Source: a virus | Lineage: Duplodnaviria; Caudoviricetes | Length of the DNA stretch: 27,095 nucleotides | IMG/VR virus record: IMGVR_UViG_3300036783_000362 | Span: 1 to 27,095 of that record | Direction: 5' to 3' (one strand) | Shown: in pieces, positions 17,253 to 26,257 of the stretch | Position numbering within the stretch: position 1 is the first letter of the stretch | Layout of the letters: each line of letters opens with the position of its first letter | Program-made: the position numbers and the translations under genes | Notes under the pieces: model-generated | What the model saw: only the letters and a program-made list of their open reading frames with translations | What the model was told of the DNA's origin: nothing | Databases searched by the model: none

Positions 17253-19713
17253 AATATCGAACTTTCCAGGAACGCCTAAGCTGCGTTGCAGGGTGCCAAA
17301 CGGCACCCTTTTTTATGACTGGCTGGCAGCAAACGACGCCACCTTTCACCGCGATCTGCTGATCATACGTAACGGCGTGAGGTTGGGCGACGATGACGAG
17401 CTGGCGTTTGAGCTGAGCGAACTGGACAGCATCCAGATATTCGATCAGCCGAAGGGGATAGTAAGCGATATTCTGAGCCCGATATTCAAAGTCGTAGGCG
17501 CGGTATTTTCATTCCTCGCGCCAAAGCCTGCTATTGCAAACACCGGCGGCAACACTGTCGACTCTCCGAACAATAGTCTGACCGGTCAGACAAACACCGC
17601 GCGCGTTTACAAGGCAAAACCGGACATATTCGGGCAGGTGCGTTCATTCCCGGATCTGATTCAGGAATCGGTATTTGAATATGTTCGTCAGGACGCATTC
17701 GACGGCGGCCTGAAATATGTGACGGAGTGGATGTGTGTTGGCATAGGTAAGTATGACTATGAGTCTGTGCGCTACTCAGAATCGAGTCTGGGCTCTCTTG
17801 CTGGTGCTGAGTTTCAGTTCTATCAGCCAGGCGTGGTTATTCCTCAAATTATCGAAGGGTATGGATTCGATGATGTAGACGGTCAGGAAGTTCCTGGACA
17901 GAACGAGGCGGGGGATTTCCCGATCGAGACAGCCACGGCAACTACGGTAGTGAGCGGAACTTACTCTGGCGGACAGATTGCAGTAAAAATCAGAAAACAA
18001 GCTGAGTTTGATTATTTCATGAGCCTGGTACTCCCACATGCAGTGACGTTTACGATCAACGTGACGTACAGCACCGCGTCTGGGTCTGTGACTAAGGATG
18101 CCACATTCTCTGGCACGCTGATTTCTGCTGTAGAGACGAACGACGGCGCTGTGGTGAACCCGGTTCGTTGGTATACGTTCACCATGAACAATTTGCAGGG
18201 ACCGCAAGACATCCCGGCGAATGCGACTATCAACACGACCAAATTCATCCTAAATGACAATGAAGCACTGGTGGTTGGACCTTTCTTCTCACCGGTAGCA
18301 TCTTCTCAGTTGTGGCTGCATACCCAGTCCAGCCTCGGCGGTGGGAAGCAAACCAACTGGAAGGTTGTTATCTGGAAAATAGACGACAACTATAACCAAA
18401 TCCCAGGAACTACCCAAACGTTCATTTACTACCAGGGCACGCCGCACGACCACACAAGCGAAATATTTTATCGCACGGATAAGATTACGCCGACGGGGGG
18501 ATTTGGTAAGTACGCGATCAGCTTCCAGCGCACAGATAACTCCGGTGACGCGTCGGTACTGAAGGTTGAAGAGATTCATTCAATCAACGTCAGAAGCAAC
18601 GTTGTTCATTCAACTGACACTCTGGTGCGCGTGAAGGTGAGGGCGACAGAGAGCGCGCTTGGGAGTCGTGAGCGCAAATACAATGCCCTGGTGACGCGTC
18701 AGACCATCAGTTACAACCTGACGACGCAAGCAGTGGATTACACCCTGCGTGCCTCGCGCTCGTTCGCTGATGCGGTGGCGCATGCCTGGCTAATCATGGG
18801 TGATCAGCCGGTAAGCAGTATTGACCTGTATGGGTTGTATTCGATTGCTGAAAGCCTGCCCGATGAGCGCCTGGGTTACTTCGACTACACGTTTGACGAC
18901 GAGAACGACTCTCTCGGAGATCGTGTGCAGGCTATCTGCAATGCAGCAAGCGTAATGGCGTATTGGGATGACGGAGTGCTCACCTTCACGCGCGATCAGA
19001 AGGTTGACTACCCGGCGGCGGTATTCAACCGGGCCAATATGAAGGCCGATGAATACAAAATCTCATACGAAGCGACGCTGCCAGGCGGTTATGACGGCGT
19101 TCAGGTTTCCTACGTTCACCCGACGACAAACAACAAGACGTACATCAATTACCGCGTGCTGAACGGAGCTATTGTCGAGCAGGAAGCGGAGAACCCGAAC
19201 AAGCTGGAGATAGTCGGCTTCCGTAACGAGTACCAGGCGCGTGAGCGTGCGGTGCGCGAAACGAAACGCCTTATCTACTCGCGGGTGAAGATGAACGCCA
19301 AGGTGTTCGAAGACGGGATAATTCAGGTGGGAAGCGTCATTCAGATGCCAGACATCTACGACAGCAACCAGCAGCAGGGTTACGTCACTGGCCGAACTGG
19401 GAATGATTTTGAAACCAGTGAGCCGATAAATTTCTCTGGGTCGATGTATGTGCTGGTCACCGACAGCCTGGGAAATCCCACACTGCGTTATCCGGCGACG
19501 GCCCGAAGCGACACGAAGTACGGCTTCACAGCAGCAATACCAGCCATTCAGTTAAACATCTGGAACGGAGGCAGTGTACAGCTCCCGTCGCGCTATCTGA
19601 TCGCGACTGTTGAGGAGCTGAACAGTCAGCTATGGACAGTCAACAGCATTAAACCAAACACCGATAGCACGGTATCTCTGACCGTCGCGGAGTACAGCGA
19701 CAACATCTACTAA
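17239..19713 (+). CDS. Tail tip / host specificity protein (J-like hub)
   Basis: Probable start ATG 17239 after GGAG (MALVEISNFPG...), 824 aa. SPNNSLTGQTNTAR..PDIFGQVRSFPDL motif. Confidence 0.8.
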   Translation: MALVEISNFPGTPKLRCRVPNGTLFYDWLAANDATFHRDLLIIRNGVRLGDDDELAFELSELDSIQIFDQPKGIVSDILSPIFKVVGAVFSFLAPKPAIANTGGNTVDSPNNSLTGQTNTARVYKAKPDIFGQVRSFPDLIQESVFEYVRQDAFDGGLKYVTEWMCVGIGKYDYESVRYSESSLGSLAGAEFQFYQPGVVIPQIIEGYGFDDVDGQEVPGQNEAGDFPIETATATTVVSGTYSGGQIAVKIRKQAEFDYFMSLVLPHAVTFTINVTYSTASGSVTKDATFSGTLISAVETNDGAVVNPVRWYTFTMNNLQGPQDIPANATINTTKFILNDNEALVVGPFFSPVASSQLWLHTQSSLGGGKQTNWKVVIWKIDDNYNQIPGTTQTFIYYQGTPHDHTSEIFYRTDKITPTGGFGKYAISFQRTDNSGDASVLKVEEIHSINVRSNVVHSTDTLVRVKVRATESALGSRERKYNALVTRQTISYNLTTQAVDYTLRASRSFADAVAHAWLIMGDQPVSSIDLYGLYSIAESLPDERLGYFDYTFDDENDSLGDRVQAICNAASVMAYWDDGVLTFTRDQKVDYPAAVFNRANMKADEYKISYEATLPGGYDGVQVSYVHPTTNNKTYINYRVLNGAIVEQEAENPNKLEIVGFRNEYQARERAVRETKRLIYSRVKMNAKVFEDGIIQVGSVIQMPDIYDSNQQQGYVTGRTGNDFETSEPINFSGSMYVLVTDSLGNPTLRYPATARSDTKYGFTAAIPAIQLNIWNGGSVQLPSRYLIATVEELNSQLWTVNSIKPNTDSTVSLTVAEYSDNIY

Positions 19714-19733
19714 AAGACCAATCCACCAATCTC

Positions 19734-19760
19734 AACCCGGCCACTGCGCCGGGTTTTTTT
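19734..19760 (+). terminator. Rho-independent terminator-like hairpin
   Basis: AACCCGGC-CACTGC-GCCGGGTT followed by a T-run. Confidence 0.75.
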
Positions 19761-19771
19761 ATGGAATAAAT

Positions 19772-21634
19772 ATGGCTACCATCCCGACTCAAGACTCTGT
19801 CCCGAGCGAATCCCCACGCGATTTAAAATTTAACGCTGGCAAAATTGACGAGTTCGTTACCTCTCTTGTCAACACCTACACCGACCGTTTCGGTGTGCAA
19901 CATTACACGATTGAAGGTCTTCGCTGGCTCGCGCAGCAGGCCATTGCTCAGTATGGATGGATACCTTTTGGAACATTCCAGGCTGGCGCAACTCTGACGC
20001 TGCCAAATCAGATCCTGAGGGACGAAGTAAGCGGGGAGTATTATCGCTGGGATGGATCGCTGCCTAAAACTGTTCCAACAGGTTCCACTCCGGCATCGAC
20101 TGGCGGTACGGGGATTGGCGCATGGGTTAGCGTTGGTGATTCCTCTCTCAGGGCGATGCTGGCAGCAGCGGACGGCCGGAAACTAATCGGTAAAGCGCCA
20201 ACAATCGCAGCACTTCGCACCATTGAACCAACACAGAATAAGCAGTGGATTGATGTAGAGAAGTATTGGGCTGATAGTGTGCCGCCTCAGGGAACGTACT
20301 GGCACGATGCCTCAGACACGACGTCTGCGGATAATGGCGGCACCATCATCGTTACTGCCGGTGGTAAGCGCTGGAAGTTCATCGGGCAGCCGACAGTTGA
20401 AACCTATGGCGCGTATGCGGATGGTCGAGATGACTCTGCTGCTTTCACTCGGTGTATTGCTGCTGAGGATTTCATTAGCTTCCCTGGTGATCTGTACGGG
20501 CTGTCATCACCACTTCAGCCTGTGAGAATTAAACAGATTTTTCAAGGCGCAGGGACATCTGAGTTAAGAATAATTGCCAATGGCAATATCAGTGCTAGCG
20601 CCTTCAGCATTGTCCTAACATATCGTGAAGGTGTGCAGTATAGAGACTTTAAAATCTCTTCAGACACGCCGGGCATGGGATTCGGGTTCTATTCACCATC
20701 AAGTATTTATTTACCCAACGCATTCTTCAAAAACGTCATATTTGATCGTTCTTTAGCAATTGGGATAAATGCAAACCTTATTCTCTGTGAAATAAGTCTT
20801 TGTGACTTTGGGCTTTATGGGAGCACAGCAGGGACATTCCAGGCCATAAGATCGACTGGGCAGGTTCCTTCTGGCTCAAATCTGACGACTAACGCTAACT
20901 TCATCAAAGGATGCCGATTCTTCAGGAGTAACTCTGCATATGCAGTTGATTTTGTTAACGGACTTCATGCCGTATTTGAAGATTGTGATTTTGAAACTAA
21001 CAGTAACACGGCTGGGGTGATAAGGATTGCCGGGCTATTGTCTGTATATTTCAAAAACTGTTGGTGGGAACGAAATACTGGAAGAAGTCTGATCCGCATT
21101 CAAATGGACAGCTCTGGGGTGGCGCAGGGAGTACCTGTAGTTTCTGTGGATGGATGCTGGATAAAACTTGAAACGACGAACACCGAGTTCATTTACTCAG
21201 AGACAGTTAATACAACGTTTGGGATTACAAATTGTGCAGGAACGGGGTTCTCAGGCAGAAACCTCTTCAACGTTAACGGCTCAGTAGATCAAATGGGATA
21301 TCTCAGGGATTTTGCTAACTGCTATTTTGTTGGGTGGTCTACGATTCCTCAAAATACTTCCTTCCAATATCAACAGTCTGTTTCACTCTTAGATCTTCGT
21401 GGAACTACAGGGGCTAAGCTTGGCGGTATCACGGCCTCCTCAACAAGAACCATCGTTCAGCATGATGTGGGAATCTCATTCCAGAAGCTAAATGGTGTTG
21501 AATTTGGCAGTGTAATACCAGCAGTGAGTGGGGGATTGACAGCTACGGAATTCCGTGGATTTGATTCAGCCGGCACTCAATATAAACTAAGAGTGCCGAC
21601 CGGAGGCGGCGCTGCTACGTGGACGGCTGTCTAA
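19772..21634 (+). CDS. Tailspike / polysaccharide depolymerase-like receptor-binding protein
   Basis: N-terminal anchor VPSESPRDLKFNAGKIDEFVTS and GEYYRWDG.LPK.V..GSTP.STGG..AWVSVGD, then YGAYADG.DDSAAF entering a beta-helix-like region with F..C.F repeats. Confidence 0.85.
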   Translation: MATIPTQDSVPSESPRDLKFNAGKIDEFVTSLVNTYTDRFGVQHYTIEGLRWLAQQAIAQYGWIPFGTFQAGATLTLPNQILRDEVSGEYYRWDGSLPKTVPTGSTPASTGGTGIGAWVSVGDSSLRAMLAAADGRKLIGKAPTIAALRTIEPTQNKQWIDVEKYWADSVPPQGTYWHDASDTTSADNGGTIIVTAGGKRWKFIGQPTVETYGAYADGRDDSAAFTRCIAAEDFISFPGDLYGLSSPLQPVRIKQIFQGAGTSELRIIANGNISASAFSIVLTYREGVQYRDFKISSDTPGMGFGFYSPSSIYLPNAFFKNVIFDRSLAIGINANLILCEISLCDFGLYGSTAGTFQAIRSTGQVPSGSNLTTNANFIKGCRFFRSNSAYAVDFVNGLHAVFEDCDFETNSNTAGVIRIAGLLSVYFKNCWWERNTGRSLIRIQMDSSGVAQGVPVVSVDGCWIKLETTNTEFIYSETVNTTFGITNCAGTGFSGRNLFNVNGSVDQMGYLRDFANCYFVGWSTIPQNTSFQYQQSVSLLDLRGTTGAKLGGITASSTRTIVQHDVGISFQKLNGVEFGSVIPAVSGGLTATEFRGFDSAGTQYKLRVPTGGGAATWTAV

Positions 21635-22977
21635 ATACGAGTCCTATCCTCAAACTGCTTTTTGATAGAGGCAGCCATATTAAGAACTGATAGAGACATC
21701 AATAGGAAAACAACCAGGTCGAAAGATATATTCATTCCGAATAGATGCTTATCTAGATCCCGGTAACCTTCGCCAAGGAAGGCGACATACATCTGCGATA
21801 CGCCAAAGGATGAAATAAAGAAAAATACGCCTGAGTGTCTATTTTTAAATAGAAGTAATGATATGACCATTGTCATAAGCAGAACGGTAAATTTAACTCG
21901 TTCGAATAAATAGTCCTTTGCGTTTGTAATGTTTGATAGTGGTCCATCATCATTTACTAGTAGTCGTAGGACTTTATATACGTGGAAATAATCTTCTGTT
22001 AACTGGTTGGTAACGCCAGCGTCATATGGGATCTTAAAGATGAATGAAGGGTTTTTAGCTACCCAAGTAAGTACATCTTTGAAACCGTAATCGCTGTTTC
22101 TTTTGTAGCAGTCCATGGCGATTTTAGTGCGTTCTGAACCTAGAGTGATGTTGAATTTATTACCCCATGCATCAATGCCTATGCATGATTCATCTACGCC
22201 ATCTGGGATTTCCAGGCCGTTGTTTTTGGCATATTCAAATACGCCGAAATAATTTGCATGATACTTATTGAAAACGGTCGCCCCGCTAGATCCGAGTACA
22301 CAAGCCACTGATAGCGCCAAGGCAACGGTGCAAGACAGCGCTTTCATTTTTATGCGATCCCTGTTGAAAAGCATATACATGGAGAAAACTAAGACTGGCA
22401 AATAGAAGAACTGACTCTTTGATGCCGCTGCGATAACCATCGCAATGGTCGTGATAATCAGAGCTTTGTTATCGCTGCGAGGAATATATGCGCATATCAG
22501 CGGAAGGCAAATAAGGAGGACCTGCTCCTGATAGAAAGAGTTAAAGAATGCCAGGTTGGATGAAGATACAAGCAGGAGCGAGGCGAAAATGAACAGTGCT
22601 GTGTAGATGAATCCCTTTCTGCCGATAAAATTCGAGAAAAGAATATATAGCGCAAACACGTATGCCACTTTCAGCAGCGATCCCAGAACGCGGATGTCGA
22701 AAATAGAGGTGAAAATGGATAACACGCATGCATAAGCGTAGATGATAAAACTGTAAGAGCTTTTGTATCCGTATACAGTGATTGGATCAAACGGGTCTCT
22801 TAGAGGGTGAACTAAAGGAATGTTTTTTGTGAATGCCTTTACTCCCTCAAGGAATGGCACAATTGCGCGGTTAAAGTCACCGCTATTGATTAGATATATG
22901 TCCCAGGACAGATAGCATATCGCAGCAGCGAAAAATGCCACGATCAGATAATTTATTTTATTTATCACTTCTATCAC
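21631..22977 (-). CDS. gtrC: Serotype-specific O-antigen glucosyltransferase (GtrC; YfdI/GtrS-GtrIV-like)
   Basis: Multi-TM, AT-rich, third gene of the gtr operon. Motifs DFNRAI, SFYQEQ, NKYHA.YFG, C.G.DAWGNKF and GEGY..L.KHLFGM recall E. coli K-12 YfdI. Confidence 0.8.
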   Translation of the reverse strand: MIEVINKINYLIVAFFAAAICYLSWDIYLINSGDFNRAIVPFLEGVKAFTKNIPLVHPLRDPFDPITVYGYKSSYSFIIYAYACVLSIFTSIFDIRVLGSLLKVAYVFALYILFSNFIGRKGFIYTALFIFASLLLVSSSNLAFFNSFYQEQVLLICLPLICAYIPRSDNKALIITTIAMVIAAASKSQFFYLPVLVFSMYMLFNRDRIKMKALSCTVALALSVACVLGSSGATVFNKYHANYFGVFEYAKNNGLEIPDGVDESCIGIDAWGNKFNITLGSERTKIAMDCYKRNSDYGFKDVLTWVAKNPSFIFKIPYDAGVTNQLTEDYFHVYKVLRLLVNDDGPLSNITNAKDYLFERVKFTVLLMTMVISLLLFKNRHSGVFFFISSFGVSQMYVAFLGEGYRDLDKHLFGMNISFDLVVFLLMSLSVLNMAASIKKQFEDRTRI

Positions 22978-23884
22978 CCTTCAATAAGTATCGAGGTCGG
23001 TTTTTTACCTCAACATAAATTCTTCCGATGTACTCACCTAAAACTCCTATCCCGATGAGTTGAATACCCCCAAGAAATAGAATTGAAACCAGTAATGACG
23101 GGTAGCCTCTTACTGCATTACCAAATGCCAGCGTGTCGATAATCATCCACGCCCCATAAATGAAGGCAACTCCAGCCACTAAAAGGCCGATATAGGTCCA
23201 CATGCGAAGTGGGAATGTTGAGAAGCTGGTTATTCCTTCCAGTGCCAGGTTCCACAATTTCCATCCATTGAATTTGGTTGTGCCAGCAACACGCTCAGCT
23301 CGAGCGTATTCAACTACATCAGTGCGACCGCCTACCCAGCTAAGTACCCCTTTCATAAAGAGGTTGCGCTCCGGCATCATTTTGATGTTCTCAACAACCT
23401 CTCGAGACATAAGCCGGAAGTCTCCGACATTCTCTTCAATCTTCGGATTACTGATCTTGTTATGCAGCTTATAGAACCACTCGGCAGATTTTCTTTTCAG
23501 TCTGCCATCAGTTGACCTGTCGGTACGCTTTGCCAAAACCATATCTGCGCCAGCCTGCCATTTCTCAATAAGGTGAGGAATGACTTCAATCGGGTCCTGC
23601 AAGTCCACGTCTATTGGGATAACAGCTTCGCCAGATGCGCAATCCAGCCCGGCAAAAAGTGCCGGTTCCTTCCCAAAATTACGGGTAAAAGAGAGGGGGA
23701 CTACTAATTTATCTGACACGGCTAGCGCATTTATGATTGATTCAGTAGCGTCTTTGCTGCCGTCATTTATGAATACTATCTCAACATCATGCTTTTTCAG
23801 TCCCTCAAATTCTCGGACTGTTTTATAGAAAATTGGTATCGCGTCCTCTTCGTTGAAGACCGGAACGACAAGAGAAATTTTCAT
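22958..23884 (-). CDS. gtrB: Bactoprenol glucosyltransferase (GT2)
   Basis: [28 protein letters not shown] and IDVDLQDP motifs with two C-terminal TM helices. Confidence 0.95.
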   Translation of the reverse strand: MKISLVVPVFNEEDAIPIFYKTVREFEGLKKHDVEIVFINDGSKDATESIINALAVSDKLVVPLSFTRNFGKEPALFAGLDCASGEAVIPIDVDLQDPIEVIPHLIEKWQAGADMVLAKRTDRSTDGRLKRKSAEWFYKLHNKISNPKIEENVGDFRLMSREVVENIKMMPERNLFMKGVLSWVGGRTDVVEYARAERVAGTTKFNGWKLWNLALEGITSFSTFPLRMWTYIGLLVAGVAFIYGAWMIIDTLAFGNAVRGYPSLLVSILFLGGIQLIGIGVLGEYIGRIYVEVKNRPRYLLKGDRSDK

Positions 23885-24243
23885 TTCACATCCCTAAAGA
23901 CAATGAACTTTGAATAGATGAATCCACATACCAAACTGATGGCTGAGAAAAGTATCAGCGTCGCTATTGGCGCAAGAGATACCTTGTCTGCCTCCCATCC
24001 CACGGCCGCACTAAGTGTCCCCATGAAGCCAACGTAAAGCATGTAGCGCAGTGTGGTGGTGCGAGCTTTAAAGGTAAATCTCGCATTAGCAAAGAAACTA
24101 AAGCTGACGGCAACGACAAACCCTGCAAAATTAGCCAGAGCCTGGCTGGTATGGAAAACATATATGCATACGGCAAACACGACCCAGTGGATGAGTGTGT
24201 TAATGACACCTATCGATGTGTACTTGGCGAATAACTTTAACAT
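23881..24243 (-). CDS. gtrA: Bactoprenol-linked glucose translocase
   Basis: [23 protein letters not shown], 120 aa, four TM segments. True start at 24243. Confidence 0.93.
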   Translation of the reverse strand: MLKLFAKYTSIGVINTLIHWVVFAVCIYVFHTSQALANFAGFVVAVSFSFFANARFTFKARTTTLRYMLYVGFMGTLSAAVGWEADKVSLAPIATLILFSAISLVCGFIYSKFIVFRDVK

Positions 24244-24274
24244 TATAAAAATCAGTGAATTCTGAGAGGCATGA

Positions 24275-24303
24275 AGTTTAGCACCTGCCAACCACTTGAT
24301 CGA
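24275..24303 (-). promoter_or_regulatory. Putative sigma70 promoter of gtrABC
   Basis: Minus strand TCGATC-N17-TAAACT with extended -10 TGn. The -35 contains a GATC. Confidence 0.55.
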
Positions 24304-24319
24304 CCCTGAACATTGACGA

Positions 24320-24339
24320 TACTGTATATGCATACAGCA
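24320..24339. promoter_or_regulatory. LexA (SOS) box
   Basis: TACTGTATATGCATACAGCA is a near-consensus CTG-N10-CAG (24322-24337), upstream of an AGGAGG RBS. Confidence 0.88.
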
Positions 24340-24356
24340 TAAATCAGGAGGTCACA

Positions 24357-24389
24357 ATGGGATTCCCGTCAAATTATTTTGCCCACTAG
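24357..24389 (+). pseudogene. 5' stub of a LexA-regulated umuD/humD-like gene (MGFPSNYFAH*)
   Basis: Perfect RBS plus MGFPS, matching the GFPSPA motif of UmuD-type proteins, then a stop after 10 codons. Confidence 0.6.
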
Positions 24390-24399
24390 GTGGGCTTTT
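24381..24399 (+). terminator. Short terminator-like hairpin
   Basis: GCCCAC-TAG-GTGGGC followed by TTTT on the plus strand. Confidence 0.5.
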
Positions 24400-24404
24400 A
24401 ATCA

Positions 24405-24785
24405 TCAGTCAGCCCAGCCTGATTTGGTGTTGATTGCGGACTCTGCCATGGTGTATTTCTGAACGGTATCGTCCTTAAAGAGGATAGTCAGCTCTTTCTT
24501 TGTACCGTTGGTGCCATTGTGGAACAGGCCGTAGAAGGGGATGAAGGTGGTGCCGTTTACTTTCACCTTGGCAAAGGCGTACTTCCAGATCTCATTGCCG
24601 CCATCGGTGTATGACACAGCATCCGGGGAGCCAAAAAAGCTCTTCACCTCTGCTTTAGTCGTCTTTCCTTCCTGAATCTTGTTCTGGACGCTGGTCTCGG
24701 TTTCGTTTTTGAGTTGCTGGTTACCAGAGGACGCACAGCCTGCCAGAGTAGCCGCAATCATTGCTGCAAACGCAATCTTCTTCAT
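24405..24785 (-). CDS. Lipoprotein with SmpA/OmlA (BamE-like) domain
   Basis: Signal peptide MKKIAFAAMIAATLAG-C (lipobox LAGC) and G.TTKAEV...FGSP...GNEIWKY motif. AAGGA RBS. Confidence 0.8.
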   Translation of the reverse strand: MKKIAFAAMIAATLAGCASSGNQQLKNETETSVQNKIQEGKTTKAEVKSFFGSPDAVSYTDGGNEIWKYAFAKVKVNGTTFIPFYGLFHNGTNGTKKELTILFKDDTVQKYTMAESAINTKSGWAD

Positions 24786-24901
24786 TCCACATTTCCTTAT
24801 TTTAATTAATTTCAAATTACCCCAAAGGTAATATTTTCTCGCAAACCTATCTTCCGGCACCAACTGGCGGTTTAATCATGTCAGAAGGTGCTCCTTAACA
24901 C

Positions 24902-25270
24902 TCAGGTGGGCTTTTTAGCCTCAAGAAGTGGCCCATCTTGAGAGAGGAGAAACAAAACTCTCCTCAAGTTATAGCTTTCAGTTTCGAGATTCCTTGCCAT
25001 TATGGCTGCTGCGTCGATAAGAGCTCCGTGTATCTTAGCCTTTTCTTTGTCGCTTAACTTTTCAAGTTCATCCGGTTCCGTTAACCCAAGAATGAATTCA
25101 ATCCCCTCCTGCGCTAAGGCTGGTTGAGATATGGCATTAGCGATGATGTCCACGATCTCCGAGTTCATGGACCTGCCGTTGCGCTTGGCTCGTTCGGCTA
25201 TGGCATCACGCATCCCTTCTGGTAGGCGGAGGTTAAATTTATCCTGTAACTGGCTTGGGTACTTCGTCAT
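24902..25270 (-). CDS. Arc/Mnt-family ribbon-helix-helix repressor (Mnt-like)
   Basis: KFNLRLPEGMRDAIAERAKRNGRSMNSEIV is a classic RHH motif, followed by a C-terminal extension. Divergent from the arc-like gene. Confidence 0.85.
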   Translation of the reverse strand: MTKYPSQLQDKFNLRLPEGMRDAIAERAKRNGRSMNSEIVDIIANAISQPALAQEGIEFILGLTEPDELEKLSDKEKAKIHGALIDAAAIMARNLETESYNLRRVLFLLSQDGPLLEAKKPT

Positions 25271-25304
25271 GGCGCATCTCGTGATACAAATTTTTATCAT
25301 AATA

Positions 25305-25365
25305 GGATTAACTTGACACCATCAGCAATGGTGTTAAATTGATATCAATGGTGTCAAGTTAATCC
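25305..25365. promoter_or_regulatory. Divergent promoter/operator region (Pant-like) with perfect 18-bp inverted repeat
   Basis: GGATTAACTTGACACCAT (25305-25322) / ATGGTGTCAAGTTAATCC (25348-25365). Rightward TTGACA-N16-TAAATT with TGn. Confidence 0.75.
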
Positions 25366-25378
25366 CAAAGGAGGGAAT

Positions 25379-25546
25379 ATGCAAAGCAATACTAAGAACG
25401 AAGCAAAGCTCACTTTGCGTTATCCGCAGGAAGTGAAAGATGCATTCAAGAAGATCGCAAAGGAAGAGGGGCTTTCAGAGAACTCGGCTTTGGTTCAAGC
25501 GTTGGTATGGGCTCTGAAGTTCAGAGATCAGATGCATGTGCAGTAA
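25379..25546 (+). CDS. Arc-like ribbon-helix-helix protein (55 aa)
   Basis: Hand-translated MQSNTKNEAKLTLRYPQEVKDAFKKIAKEEGLSENSALVQAL..., with AAGGAGG RBS. Below the ORF-track cut-off. Confidence 0.8.
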   Translation: MQSNTKNEAKLTLRYPQEVKDAFKKIAKEEGLSENSALVQALVWALKFRDQMHVQ

Positions 25547-25620
25547 AAATAGCGAAGCCCGGAAGTACGCTAACACTAACCGGGCCTCTATCGAAAATAA
25601 CCGCGTAGGAATTATCGACA
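25546..25620 (-). ncRNA. Putative sar-like antisense RNA 1
   Basis: Minus-strand TG-C-TACAAT extended -10 (25626-25634) inside the downstream gene. GCCCGG/CCGGGC hairpin (25557-25585) followed by a U-rich tail. Same layout as P22 sar between arc and ant. Confidence 0.6.
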
Positions 25621-26240
25621 TGAATATTGTAGCAAAATCAGATCTCAACTTCCAAGGTAAAGCGCTTGTTCCAGTTTCAAACATCACTGGTGTTTGGCTA
25701 ACGTCATCTGACCTGGCAAAAGCTCTTGAGTACTCAAATAGTCGCGCCGTCACGATGATTTATAACAAATACGCTGATGAGTTTACCAGTGGAATGACTC
25801 AGGTACTCGAAGTGAGTACCTCAGGAAATTACCGCAAAAAGGTGCGCGTTTTCTCTCTGCGCGGTGCGCATCTGATTGCTATGTTTGCGCGTACGCCAGT
25901 GGCAAAGGAATTCCGCCGCTGGGTACTAGATATTCTGGATCGCGAAGTAGCCCAATCTCCGATCGCAAAACAATTCACTGACGATGAACTCTGCAAACTC
26001 GCATGGATGTGGAACGTCAGCGACCGCATGCAGAACTTTGCCAATGATATTTACCCAGCTATGCGTACCTTGAAGTCTGAATATGCTGGTAAATTCCATG
26101 ACTTTGGCAAGGAGTTCCGTTGGACTTTTGAAGAGGCGCGAAAGGTACTGGATAGAGAAACGGCGCACATTCCGTTTAAACCGTTGAACGATGATAACTG
26201 GTCTCGCGTGCTGCCGAGACTGAGAAAGGAGCTTCACTGA
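25620..26240 (+). CDS. Antirepressor-like protein (BRO-N domain plus P22 antirepressor C-terminal-like domain)
   Basis: WLTSSDLAKALEY...RVFSLRGAHLIAMFARTPVAKEFRRWVLD (BRO-N) and QFTDDELCKLAWMW. Start ATG 25620 after AGGA. Confidence 0.82.
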   Translation: MNIVAKSDLNFQGKALVPVSNITGVWLTSSDLAKALEYSNSRAVTMIYNKYADEFTSGMTQVLEVSTSGNYRKKVRVFSLRGAHLIAMFARTPVAKEFRRWVLDILDREVAQSPIAKQFTDDELCKLAWMWNVSDRMQNFANDIYPAMRTLKSEYAGKFHDFGKEFRWTFEEARKVLDRETAHIPFKPLNDDNWSRVLPRLRKELH

Positions 26241-26257
26241 TAGGCGCACTGGATGGC

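Noticed and set aside
24847-24879. Minus-strand mini-ORF MIKPPVGAGR after an AAGGAG
   Set aside because: Only 10 codons, RBS spacing of 11 nt and no recognisable motif. Could be a relic but is unsupported.
25536-25619. Longer start for the BRO-N gene given by the ORF track
   Set aside because: It overlaps the arc-like stop and the sar-like hairpin. ATG 25620 has an RBS and matches the P22 ant layout.
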